Assembly (NCBI GenBank): GCA_963742415.1 | Contig: CAVULX010000003.1 | Location: forward strand, 704,001-768,000 | Source of the DNA: an uncultured Parachlamydiaceae bacterium | GTDB lineage: Bacteria > Chlamydiota > Chlamydiia > Chlamydiales > Parachlamydiaceae | Reading direction: 5' to 3' | DNA: 64,000 bases | Shown here: one piece after another, positions 46,001 through 57,041 of the stretch | Position numbering within the stretch: position 1 is the stretch's first letter | Layout of the letters: each line of letters starts with the position of its first letter | Program-made: the position numbers and the translations under genes | The notes under the pieces: generated by a model | Told to the model about the DNA's origin: nothing | Seen by the model: only the letters and a program-made list of their open reading frames with translations | The model's database searches: none

Positions 46001-49000
46001 TATAACTCAAAGTCCCCTTTATTTTAGTCGCTGAACTCTGCGTAATTGTGGCCGCGGTGACCCCCAATGAATTCAAAAGTGTCGTTCCCCCAACAATACC
46101 AGTAAATGTGGTCATTCCAGATCCACCTGCTATGGTGAGGGCTTGTGCACCATTCAATGTACTGCCAAAGCCAATATTCCCATTATTCGATGTGATGATG
46201 CTTCCCCCTGTTAAACTAACAGGGCTCGGAAAATTCAATGGGTTCGCCCCAGTAACTGTAATGTTATTACCTATCTGAATCAGGCCAGCACTTCCAAAGG
46301 AAAGATTGGTAAGGGGATTGCTTCCGCCCGCAGCTCCTGCAAAGGAAACACTCCCGCCAGTCCCAGCGTTTACTGCTAAGGCTGTTCCTCCAGCGGTACT
46401 ATTAAGAGTGCTCGAAAAAGCGATGTTCGCCCCGGCGGGAGCTCCGTTTGTTACATCCATGGTTAGAGAATTAGTAACCGCAGTAGGCCCGGTCATGGTG
46501 ACCGAATTACCGCTGGTGGTTATGTTCCCATTCAAATTGATCGCTGACGTTGCAGTATAGCTCAAAGTCCCCGTTGTTTGCGCAGACGAGTTTTGCGTAA
46601 TCGTCGCGGCGGTAACACTCAATTGACTCAAAGGGGTCGCTCCACCAACAGCACCAGTAAATGTCGTCGTTCCAGTACCTCCCGCTATAGTCAATGCCTG
46701 AGCTCCATCAAGGGTACTGCTAAAACCAATATTTGCATTGGTAGAGGTAATCGTGCTTGCTCCGGTTAAGCTTACTGGGCTCGGAAAAGTAAGCGGATTG
46801 GCCCCTGAAACCTTGACATTGCTTCCAATCTGTATGAGTGAAGGGCTAGTAAACGCTAGATTGGTCAGTGCAGTAGTAGTGCCAATAGCACCCGAAAGAG
46901 TCACTGTTCCGCTGCCAGCCAATGTCAATGCTTGCGCACCGTTTACCGTACTTGAAAAAGAGATGTTCGAACCGGTCGCGATCACACCGCCACTCAGTGT
47001 AGCGGGGCCCGTCATCGTTATAGGGTTGGCTGATGTCGTTAAATTACTACCCAAATTGATCGCCGTACCTGTATAGCTGATCGCACCAGTAGTTGTCACG
47101 GATGCACTTTGTGTAACCGTGGCAGCATTTGACACTGTCAATGCACTTAAAGGTGTTGCCCCTCCCACAATCCCCGACATTGCGACAGTTCCACCGGTAC
47201 CGCCTTTTAAAACTAATGCCGATCCACCGTTGATTGTATTTGAGAAGGTGATATTTGCACCTGCCGGGGCAGAACTTGTCGTGTCTGCCGTAACAGCACC
47301 TGTCAGGGTAACGGGGCCTGTCATCCCAATTGCCCCGCTGGTGGTCGTCAAATTGCCACCTAAGCTGAGAGCCGACCCATTATAACTGATGGCTCCCGTT
47401 GTTGTGGCAGAAAGAGTTTGTGTGATTGTACTGCCTGTGGCCGTAAGCGAAGTCAAAGGGGTCGCACCACCAATCACACCAGATAACGAGACGGCACCAC
47501 TCGTACCGCCTGTTAATGTCAACGTTTTGCCCCCATTAATGCTGCTTGAAAAAGAGATCCCAGCTCCGGCCGGCACGGTTCCTCCATTAGTCGCATCTGC
47601 TGCTACATTAGCGGACAAGGTCACGGGGCCTACCATTCCAATGGTTCCACCGCTAGTTGTCACATTGCCGCCTAAGCTAATTCCACTGGACCCATTATAG
47701 CTGATCGCCCCAGTCGCTTTTGCAGTCGAGCTCTGCGTCATACTAGAACCGGTAACCGATAACGAGCTCAGCGCGGATGTCTGTCCAACTGCTCCGCCAA
47801 TCGACACTGCCCCGGTTCCTGCCGTCAAAGTCAAAGACTGCGCTCCATTAATGGTGCTGGTACAGGAAATATTACCCCCGCCGCCTGCACTTGTATTCAT
47901 CGTCACAGGACCATTTAAAGTTACTGGACCCGTGATCGAAATCGCACCATTGGCAGTAGTCGTAATATTGTTGCTAATGGCGATGGGCTGCGTGCTGCTA
48001 TAAGTGACGTTTCCGCTAGAAGTGGTCACCGTACTACTTTGAATAATCGTTGCAGTGCCCGTTACAGTGGCGCTCAAGGAAGTGAGCGGTGTCATTGATC
48101 CTAAAGCACCTCCGAGAGAAATACTAGTCCCGCTCGTCAAGGTCAATGCCTGACTCCCATCGACCGTACTAGTGCTCCCCACAAAGGAAATAATTCCCCC
48201 GGTGCTTGCTGTACTCATCGTGATGGGTCCACCCAAAGTCACTGGACCTGTGATCGAAATCGCACCACTGGCAGCAGTCGTCGTGATATTGTTGTTGATG
48301 GCGATAGGTGCCGTACTGCTATATGTGACATTTCCGGTAGTTTTCACGGTACTACTTTGAGTAATCGCACCCGATCCCGATACAGTAGCGTTCAAAGATG
48401 TGAGCGATGTCGTCCCCCCTACAGCGGCTCCAAGAGAAACGCTTCCCGAGCCAGCTGCAAGGGTCAATGTCTGCCCCCCATTGATTGTACTGTTAAAACC
48501 AATGTTGGCGTTATTCGAGGTGATGGTGGTCGCACCAGTTAAACTTACGGCACTGGGGAAAGTTAAAGGATTGACACCCGTGATAGTAATATTGCTTCCT
48601 ACCTGAATCAAATTCGCACTTGTAAAGGACAGATTAGCAAGAGGAGTTGTCCCACCGATAGCTCCAGTAAAACTGACGGTTCCACCGGTACCTCCTGTTA
48701 AAGATACCGTTCCACCTCCGTTTATTGTACTAGAAAAGGAAATATTAGCCCCAGCAGCGGACCCTCCGCCGTTCGTCGTATCGATAAAGGCGGCACCGGT
48801 CAATGTCGTAGCTCCTATGCCCACAGTTCCACCAGGGGTTATTAAAGATGATGATCCGGCGGAAAAGGTCGTCGCTCCGAAACTCATTAGAGCTGCTGCG
48901 GTTGCTGTCTTTACTGTACCAAGAATTGTTGTCGCTCCGGCTGTATGGGTCACATTATTGGTAAACTGTAGGCTTGCAGAAGTTCCACTATTCAGTGTGA

Positions 49001-51212
49001 CTCCACCCGTATTCAGAAATGTTGTCGTCGGCGTGATGGTGCCCCCATTGCTAAACACTACACCATATGTCTTCGCTGCTGTCGCAAGCGACGTTGCGAT
49101 CGTCACCGCTCCATTAAAAGTAATGTTCCCTGTCGTATTAGTCAGGGTCACTGTAGGAACAGTCGTCGTACCGGTAATGGTGGTCGATCCACTATTTGTG
49201 ACCGTGAATGCATTTGCTGTAAGATTTCCTCCGAACGAAACTGTTCCAGTACCGGAGTTTACCGTAAGTGACTGTGTTGTCGATTGTGATACGTTTCCCC
49301 CGAAAGAAATTGCACCATTATTCGTGCTTGTATTAATCGTACTCGTACCTGTAAGCGTAGTGGGCACGTTATTTGTTACTGTAAACGAATTCGCTGTAAC
49401 ACTTCCGCCAAGGCTAACGCTGCTAGTCCCCGCTGCCGATGAAATTACGAATGCCCCAAGTCTTGTTGTTCCACCGATAGCTCCAGGCAAGGTGACCGCG
49501 CCGGTAGAACCTGCGTTCAAAGTAAGAGCATTGGATCCCGCGGTGCTTCCATTAATCGTACTTGAGAAAGCAATATTTGCCCCTGCAGGAGATCCTCCTG
49601 CGTTGGTTGTGTCCAAGGTGACGTTTGCACCAACGGTTACAGCGCCTGTAAGGGAAAGCGGTTGCCCTTGAGTAGTAATGCCCGCATTGAGCGTAATCGG
49701 TCCGGCATTGGCGGAACCAGCCGTCATCGACAACGACACACCAGCCGGCATCGTAAATGCATTACTCACAGTAATTGAACTACTTGCACCATTGGTTGCA
49801 CAAAGAGCCACGTTACTAGAAGCTGCTTGTAGCGTAGACACAAGAAGATTAACAGTTCCTGTAGTAGCACAGTTGGGAGACGACGCGCTTGCGATGGTAC
49901 CTGCGGTACCAGTACTCGCGATCGTAATCGAGGCTGGATCGAGCAGCCAATCACCATAATTTCCATTTGAAGCCGATGTGTCAACATGACCCGAACCGAC
50001 AACCAGGGTTTCCTTGCCCGATGTTTCGACAAATCCCCCATTCCCTTCGAATTTTCCACCGCGCGCATAAATCTTCCCATCAAAAAGCGTTGTATCATCC
50101 GCCCAAACGATGACTTCTCCCCCATCCCCAGCGGCATATGCATCCGCCCAAACAACAGAAGACTCATCCATCTGCGTCCATTTTGCATTTCGCTGCGACC
50201 CCTTACCCTGATAATCGCCGCCGATCAACACTGTACCGCCACCCTTATCGCCCGACGCATCGATCTCAGCACCCAAAAGCTCAACCCGATCTCCCAGAAT
50301 CTCAACCCTTCCTCCGGTTTGCCCCTCCTCCTTGCTCGAAGCACGGATCTTCCCTCCGACGCAAACCCTATGACCTTCAACCTGTACATTTCTGGCTACA
50401 ATTTCACTCGCGCCTACCAGTCGAATGACACCGTTTGATTCCTCAATGCCAGCTGCAACATCAATTCCATCAGTATTTATAACACTCCGGATTGCCTTAC
50501 GGGCTGCATTTGAAGAAATCTGAACCCCGCCGTTGGCCGCTTCAATCTTTCCGTAATTTTCTATCAATGCGTTCTCTAACTCACCATCAACGCGAAATTG
50601 GATTAAGCCATCCCCCATCACGTCGAGAAATACTTTTTCCGCCGCTCCAACGAACACTTTTCCCACGCGGGCATAGATACTGCCTCGGTTCTCTACAGTC
50701 GGAGCAAAGAGAGCGACAAACCCATCCGCCTGGATCCTTCCTTCATTGACGATCGAACCTGTCACCCCTTTTTCCAGGTAAAACTCAAATGAGTCATTGA
50801 GGAAGTTCTCATCGCGAATGGAGAGTGAAGTCGCTAAAAATGACCCTGCATTCACTGTTGAATTCGGTCCAAAATACACCCCTTCAGGATTCACGAGAAA
50901 AATGCGTCCGTTTCCTTGCAGGTGGCCCAAGATTTCGCTACAATTGCCACCCTTTACTCGATTCAATACACAAGAACTAGTGGATGGTTGAACAAATTCA
51001 ACAGTCTCGCCATTTCCAATGTTAAATTGCTGATATTCAATGATTGTCTTATCGGAAGTAGTGATAGAAAGCTTGTTTGCATCAGAACAAAATGCTGCCT
51101 CTCCCGCTTTTACCTTGCCTTTAGAAGGAAGTGCCAAAAGAGAACTGGAAACTGAAAGACTTATAACGATTAAAATCGTTTTTAATCTACGGCCGCAAAA
51201 TGACATTGTCAT
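22098..51212 (-). CDS. Giant two-partner secretion TpsA exoprotein (filamentous haemagglutinin/HMW1-like), ~9,700 aa when four 1-nt indels are repaired
   Basis: Signal peptide, TPS domain (FNIG..ETVEFVQP..VLNRV..SEILGHLQGNGRIFLVNPEG), GGFVETSG and WLLDP, then G/T/S/N-rich beta-helix repeats. Frames join at ~42707, ~34522, ~34080 and ~32511; the first and last ORFs share one frame. Confidence 0.88.
22272..22340 (-). repeat. Poly-proline tract (23 CCN codons) near TpsA C-terminus
   Basis: Run of NGG triplets on the + strand with mixed synonymous codons. Confidence 0.95.
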
Positions 51213-51358
51213 TATTATTAGACACTTACATTAAAAGATAAACCTTGGCAAAAAAAGGAACAACTACTCTATGTATATATAATTAATTTTTTAAATTTTA
51301 AATAAGAAAAGGCGCTCTGGCAGGAAAATGAATTTAACGTCTATCTCCAATAGGACGA

Positions 51359-51647
51359 TCTATCGCCGCTACCGCGGCTTTATATTTATTTGGCGATTAC
51401 CCCACGTTCCAGCCTGCGCTTCGCGCATGGCTTTCACGCGGGGCTCCCCACTCACCTCCCTTCCGGGAGGTTTTGACATTTACCGTAGAGTTATAAAAAT
51501 ATTCTTATTTGAATTGGATAAAGAACCTGCTGGAACCTCCCGGAAGGGAGGTGAGTGGGGAGCCCCGCGTGAAAGCCATGCGCGAAGCGCAGGCTGGAAC
51601 GTGGGGTAATCGCCAAATAAATACAAAGCCGCGGCAGCGGCGATAGA
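51359..51647. repeat. Long inverted repeat: two 114-bp arms (112/114 identical) around a 61-bp AT-rich spacer
   Basis: 51359-51472 is the reverse complement of 51534-51647, with mismatches only at 51371 and 51382. Confidence 0.95.
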
Positions 51648-51704
51648 AAGATCAATTTGGAAATGTCCAAACTCGGGCCCTAATTCAAACATCAGGTTAG
51701 AGAT

Positions 51705-53393
51705 TTAGAACGGCTCGGCAGTGACTTTAATGTAACAGAATGCCCCGCTGGACAAATCATGACGAGTGAGAGGGAATCCCACATCAAAGCTGAAGGAGAT
51801 GGTGTAAGGTCCCAAAATCCTCACTCCGACGCCAACCCCTGCAATGAATGCACGGGAGCCTCTATTATAGATAGTACCGCCGGTATCAAGGAAGCCAACC
51901 ATTTGCACCGCCTCTTGCCAGGTTTTACCCGTCCAGAAAAACCTCTTCTCCGCAAAAAAAGGTAAGGGAAAGCGTGCTTCTAAATTAGTATAATAACCGC
52001 TATCGCCTAAAGCTACCGACATAGGATACCCCCGCACTGTGTTTGAACCGCCGATATAAATCTGTTGCGGCAAAGTCAATTTACTTGGACTCCACTGTGC
52101 TGAAGCGTGAAAATAAAGCATCAAATCATTATAGATCCTTTGAAGTCGGTCATAATCAAGGTTGAATTGCACGAATCTCCCGCCGCCTCCTCTTCTCGAA
52201 GAATTTCTGCTTACTGCACTCATTCCCCCCAGAAAATCGGGCAAACCTGCGGCGATCCGAACATTGAGATAATCTCTACCTTGAAATGAATTATAACGAT
52301 CAATCAACGCCCCGCCCGTAACAACTCTTAGCCGGTCGAATGATGTCCTGTGTCCGAGTACGAAGTTTTGGATCTGTTTATAATCAAAGTACCCAAACAG
52401 ATCGATTGCAAGAGACTTCGTCCGCTTTATAGCCTGGATTACTTTGATTGTTCCAATCAGAGATTCCCCTTTCAAATGAAATGACTCGTCTTCCTGAATT
52501 TTAAACTTTGAATAGAGATAGGCAATCTCCATAAATGTCCCTTTTGCATTCAAGGGAGCAGTGTAAATTGCGTCAGTAAAATATAGAGCATCAATGGGGA
52601 ATCCAACGACTTCAACAATCGAAAGCACATCTCCCTGGCAAAGAAAATTACCATAATCAAATCTACCGCCAAATTGTGAACTTGTTGTCAAGTCACGTCC
52701 ATAATTGTTTTCATTTAAATACAGGTGCATGGGTCGCTGATCTTCAACTCGTATTGTCAAATCAGCAGTGCCTACCTCTTGCCCTTTTTCAAATAAAACA
52801 CTCGCGAACAAATCCTCGTTTTCATTCAAAAGCAATAAGGCCTCTAAAAATTGGTCATAATGTAACGGTAGATAACAAAAGTGTGCGAAATATCTTTGGA
52901 TGAAATCTGCGCTATAATACCGATTCCCTTCAACTCTAACTGTCCCTATTCTCCCTTCCAATATTTTAATGACAAGAACCCCATCTCGGATTTCCTGTGG
53001 GGGGGGATAAGAGCGCGCTAGAAAGTAGCCCTTTGCCGCATAATTCTGATCAATTGTTTTGCAAATCTCATAAATATCTGCAAGGGTCAGCTGCTGATCC
53101 AAAAATCCTTGGATCCAGTTTTGGATTTCTCTGTTCGATATGACCGAATTCTCTTCAATTTCAACATGCTGGATAAAAACCGTAGCGTTAGACTCGATTG
53201 AAAGCCTTTCTTCCGGGATATCAACTTCTACGCATGGCATGTCATCCTTCAATTCGAACGGCTTACTTTCATACTCATATTCGATTTCCCGTTCTACAAC
53301 ACCCGCTGAAGGAACTGGAGGAGGAATTGCCGATAGCAAAGCCGGCACCACAAGAATCATTAGAAAGAGTAGTCTCATTAATAATGGAAACAT
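51705..53393 (-). CDS. TpsB (ShlB/FhaC/HecB family) outer-membrane transporter
   Basis: Signal peptide, POTRA motif (YAAKGYFLARSYPPPQEIRDGVLVIKILEGRIG), the conserved GGSNTVRGY motif and a C-terminal Phe. Start at ATG 53393 or 53378. Confidence 0.92.
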   Translation of the reverse strand: MFPLLMRLLFLMILVVPALLSAIPPPVPSAGVVEREIEYEYESKPFELKDDMPCVEVDIPEERLSIESNATVFIQHVEIEENSVISNREIQNWIQGFLDQQLTLADIYEICKTIDQNYAAKGYFLARSYPPPQEIRDGVLVIKILEGRIGTVRVEGNRYYSADFIQRYFAHFCYLPLHYDQFLEALLLLNENEDLFASVLFEKGQEVGTADLTIRVEDQRPMHLYLNENNYGRDLTTSSQFGGRFDYGNFLCQGDVLSIVEVVGFPIDALYFTDAIYTAPLNAKGTFMEIAYLYSKFKIQEDESFHLKGESLIGTIKVIQAIKRTKSLAIDLFGYFDYKQIQNFVLGHRTSFDRLRVVTGGALIDRYNSFQGRDYLNVRIAAGLPDFLGGMSAVSRNSSRRGGGGRFVQFNLDYDRLQRIYNDLMLYFHASAQWSPSKLTLPQQIYIGGSNTVRGYPMSVALGDSGYYTNLEARFPLPFFAEKRFFWTGKTWQEAVQMVGFLDTGGTIYNRGSRAFIAGVGVGVRILGPYTISFSFDVGFPLTRHDLSSGAFCYIKVTAEPF

Positions 53394-53609
53394 CTTTAAA
53401 AAATGCAAATTCAATCCCCTCACCGATACCTTCTAATAGTGAATAATCTTGTCTTTGACAAAATTGAAATGAAACCTTCAGAGTTCGAAACAAGCATTCT
53501 TTATTAAATTTAAAATATTTGCTAGCAGAAAAGCATTTGAATGGAATATTGGTAAAAAGGCAAACGTAAAGACACTATATCGAACGTAAGTAAAACGTAG
53601 ATAAAAAAA

Positions 53610-54821
53610 ATGCAAAAAATCTCAGTAGCAGAATCAAATGCTTTTGTAGAATTGTTCGATCTTGAACCTTATAAAGAAGGGGAGTTGAGCAATCTAAATT
53701 TCGCAGTCAAAGATTGTATTGATATTAAGGGAAGAAAGACAGGTTGTGGAAATCCAACATGGATTAAAACACACCCTCCAGCCCAAGTCAATGCACTCTG
53801 CGTGGATCTTCTTTTATCTCATGGAGCCATTTGCCGAGGCAAAACCATTACCGATGAAATTACTTTTAGTTTGGACGGAGAGAATGTCCATTATGGCACT
53901 CCTTTGAATCCTAAAGCACCAGACAGAGTTCCTGGAGGGTCTTCCAGCGGATCGGCTTCTGCCGTTGCCTGTGGATTGGTCGATTTTGCCTTGGGAACAG
54001 ACTGTGGGGGATCAATCCGCGTCCCTGCCAGCAATTGCGGAATCTTTGGTTTGCGCCCTTCCTACGGTGCGATCTCCACAGCGGGCGTCATGCCATTTGG
54101 CCCTTCATTTGATACCGTAGGAATCCTTGCCAGAACTTTTGAAATCTTAGAAAAAGTCGCCTCTCAGCTTCTCTGCATAGAAATCCTTTTTGATCCGCAG
54201 GTTGGAAATATCTATCTTGTGAAGGAAGCTTTTGCACTTTCTGATAAAGAAGTGTGTCAAGCCTTGGAACAAAGCATTTCCCAATTGCATGATACTTTTC
54301 CAGGAAAGGTTAAAGAAATTTCCCTGCATATGCTTGTCGAAGAATTTGGTCCTATCCCTCTTCAAAATTGGCTGCAAACTTTCACCACTCAACAAACTGC
54401 TGAGATTTGGTCGACACATGGGCCTTGGGTAGAAGAATGCAAACCGGATTTCGGACCTAGAATTAAAGGAAATTTTGAACATAGTAAACAGATAGACCGA
54501 ACGAAAGTCGGCTACGCAATGGCTCAACGGGAATGGTACTTTAACTTAATGTCCGATTTCCTCAAGCCCAATGACCTTTTGTGCTTTCCGACAACACCAA
54601 AAATTGCGCCTTTAAAAAACACCATAGGAAAGAACCGTTACGAAGATGATTACTATTCTAAAACGGCTTCAATTTGTTCCATTGCTGGAATATGCCGTTT
54701 GCCGCAAATCTCCATGCCTTTGGCGAATGTAGATTCAGTGCCTATCGGCCTTTCATTAGCTGGAGCGCACCGATGTGATGCATTTCTCTTATCAGCTGCC
54801 GGAACAATAGCTGCTTTATGA
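53610..54821 (+). CDS. Amidase-signature family amidase
   Basis: [27 protein letters not shown] and [17 protein letters not shown] (Ser-cisSer-Lys triad). Confidence 0.92.
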   Translation: MQKISVAESNAFVELFDLEPYKEGELSNLNFAVKDCIDIKGRKTGCGNPTWIKTHPPAQVNALCVDLLLSHGAICRGKTITDEITFSLDGENVHYGTPLNPKAPDRVPGGSSSGSASAVACGLVDFALGTDCGGSIRVPASNCGIFGLRPSYGAISTAGVMPFGPSFDTVGILARTFEILEKVASQLLCIEILFDPQVGNIYLVKEAFALSDKEVCQALEQSISQLHDTFPGKVKEISLHMLVEEFGPIPLQNWLQTFTTQQTAEIWSTHGPWVEECKPDFGPRIKGNFEHSKQIDRTKVGYAMAQREWYFNLMSDFLKPNDLLCFPTTPKIAPLKNTIGKNRYEDDYYSKTASICSIAGICRLPQISMPLANVDSVPIGLSLAGAHRCDAFLLSAAGTIAAL

Positions 54822-54967
54822 AAAATCATGGTGTGTTGTCATGTTCACAAACGTATTGCTTTTGCTCTGTGAGCAACGCCTTCAAAGTCTTGATGCAATT
54901 AAATTATTTAATAACTATATTCAATAGCAAATGCTCCCGTAAAGAGAAACAAAAATGGAGATAAAAG

Positions 54968-56623
54968 ATGAGCTATAATCATTCTAGAGTAGGGGAAGGA
55001 TACAACGCAAATAAACATAATCATTGGCAACCACACAATAAGATAGAGCATGCTCCTGCTGCGCAAGGAAGGTATCGTACTTATCATCCTCATCGCCGTT
55101 CAAAGAATGTAGGATCAAACATAGATTGGGCTAAGATCTTTATCACTACAGGGGTGGGATTTTTACTTTTTCAACAACTAGCTGATGCTTTTTCTATAAA
55201 GCAGCAAGATGAGCTTCCACCTATCCATTCAAAAGGTCCAAGGAAAATAGATGTGATAAAAAATTCAAATTTTACCCGTAATCGCATCCCTCAAAAGATA
55301 TCTCCAAAAATAATTTATACACAGGAGACTCCTAAAAAGCCTAACCCGCCTCTTCTGCCAATTCAACCAAAGCAATTTTGCAAATCCAAGGGTACAGGGA
55401 CGTATACTACTTCTAAATGTGTACAAAACGCCGTTCAAGTAAAAAGCAAATGGATCAAAGAGGAAAAACAATTACCTGAAGATGAAGATCTCATCGTCGA
55501 CTTTGCATGCGGAGTTCCTCAGCATAATTTAAATCTGGAGAAGCTGCCTTCGCCGAAATGGGAGGAGCTGAAAACCCAATTTGGAGAAAAGTATCCAGAT
55601 TTAATTTACAAGCTGCTTAGTTTATGCGATCCAAAAACAGAACAATTAGTCTTGTCGAACATGGAAGCAGCGATAAAGTATGCCTCAGGAGGAGAAACTT
55701 GTTTCCCTATCAAACTATCAATGGAAGACCCTTGTTATCCTAAACCAAAATGTGAAAAAGATGAAGCTTTTCCTGATTGCATAGATAGAGTTGTATTAGA
55801 AAATGCTGAACGTTGGCTCAACTCTTCTGATATTGATAACCAGCTCAACCAAACATTGCATTCTTTAGATGTATTGCATTCTTATATCAATGTGTGGACA
55901 TCAAGAGAAATAGTGCAAAATCAAGTTAAGTTATATAACGCCATGCCGGAATTTTGTTTGGCAAATTTCTGGAGGCTTTGGGATATGCAAGAATGGCCGG
56001 ATGTTTTGGTTGGATACGATGAGTTATATGCTCAGATCAAAGATAATCTAATTAACAATCATATTGAATCTATTACTCATCAAGATATCGACCGTTTTTT
56101 TAACCTTGAATCCCTATCTACCGAATGGAGAAAAGCCACAATTAAATTTATAACATCATATCCAAAAACTATCATCAAGTCATTTACTCTTATTGATCAG
56201 AATCAAAAGCTATATTTTCCTACAGCACAGTCCTTGTTAACCCACCTCGCTATTTTTTATTCGGTCCCTACAACTCACTATATGGATACCGTCACGGAAG
56301 ATTGGTCTTGCAAGCTTTCCCCTTCAAAACCTCAGAGAGATAGTAACTGTACAACTGACAGCATAGTCACCGCTGTCTGGGAATTAATTGATGAAAAAGG
56401 ATTTCGTCATCAGAGTGGTATCAGTGATCAAGGATTTATTGACCACCTAGAAGATCTGAACATGTATGTTAAAACGTTTGACGATGAGGAGATGCTTACT
56501 TTGAGATCATATAAAAACCAAGTGTATTGGTCTGCAGCTTCAAAGGGAAAAGGGATGGAATGGACCGATGTCATAAGGTTTTTTATGTCGATTTATCAAG
56601 GTCATTTCACATCAAAAACATAG
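54968..56623 (+). CDS. Hypothetical protein with N-terminal basic/His-rich segment and one hydrophobic segment
   Basis: 551-aa ORF with a GGAG RBS and hydrophobic WAKIFITTGVGFLLF. No recognised domain. Confidence 0.7.
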   Translation: MSYNHSRVGEGYNANKHNHWQPHNKIEHAPAAQGRYRTYHPHRRSKNVGSNIDWAKIFITTGVGFLLFQQLADAFSIKQQDELPPIHSKGPRKIDVIKNSNFTRNRIPQKISPKIIYTQETPKKPNPPLLPIQPKQFCKSKGTGTYTTSKCVQNAVQVKSKWIKEEKQLPEDEDLIVDFACGVPQHNLNLEKLPSPKWEELKTQFGEKYPDLIYKLLSLCDPKTEQLVLSNMEAAIKYASGGETCFPIKLSMEDPCYPKPKCEKDEAFPDCIDRVVLENAERWLNSSDIDNQLNQTLHSLDVLHSYINVWTSREIVQNQVKLYNAMPEFCLANFWRLWDMQEWPDVLVGYDELYAQIKDNLINNHIESITHQDIDRFFNLESLSTEWRKATIKFITSYPKTIIKSFTLIDQNQKLYFPTAQSLLTHLAIFYSVPTTHYMDTVTEDWSCKLSPSKPQRDSNCTTDSIVTAVWELIDEKGFRHQSGISDQGFIDHLEDLNMYVKTFDDEEMLTLRSYKNQVYWSAASKGKGMEWTDVIRFFMSIYQGHFTSKT

Positions 56624-57041
56624 TAATTTCTTCTTAAAATGATCTATACATGCATTTTTGTAGTCCATGAGATGTAATTCAGCAGGGCCAAAGTGAGCCC
56701 CAAAACCTAGGCTCATATGTGCCAAATTCATGAAGCATTCTTCACACAAGGCGACATTGCGAATACGCAAGATTGCATTCAAAACACAAATACACCTTGA
56801 CTTTCCTAGACGATGAAAATCACTCGCATTAATATTATAAAAAAAAATTGAAATTATATATTTTGTGGGTTATAGGTCTGAATTACTGTCTCTTGTTATT
56901 GCCATAACTGCTAATGGTAGTGAGTATGGTAAAAGCATTTAAAAATGACTGATTTGTAAAGAGTTAAGATTTGCATCTACATGAAGATACGTGTGTTTCT
57001 TTGCGAAGATAAAGAACAGAAATTTAATTAAAGGGGGAACC

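Noticed and set aside
22483..49959. Dozens of Val/Pro-rich + strand ORFs opposite TpsA
   Set aside because: They are antisense shadows of Gly/Thr/Asn-biased codons, with no RBS or domain signal.
22098..51212. Five separate adhesin genes
   Set aside because: The internal ORFs begin mid-repeat at GTG/TTG without a signal peptide or TPS domain, and single-base fixes restore the repeat consensus at every junction.
51328..51692. ORFs 51328..51609 (+) and 51480..51692 (-)
   Set aside because: They are by-products of the GC-rich inverted repeat.
51686..51699. CAAACATCAGGTTA resembling the MITE right end, which would bracket tpsA as a composite element
   Set aside because: Only a 12/14 match, with no TATTA flank or internal arm; chance cannot be excluded.
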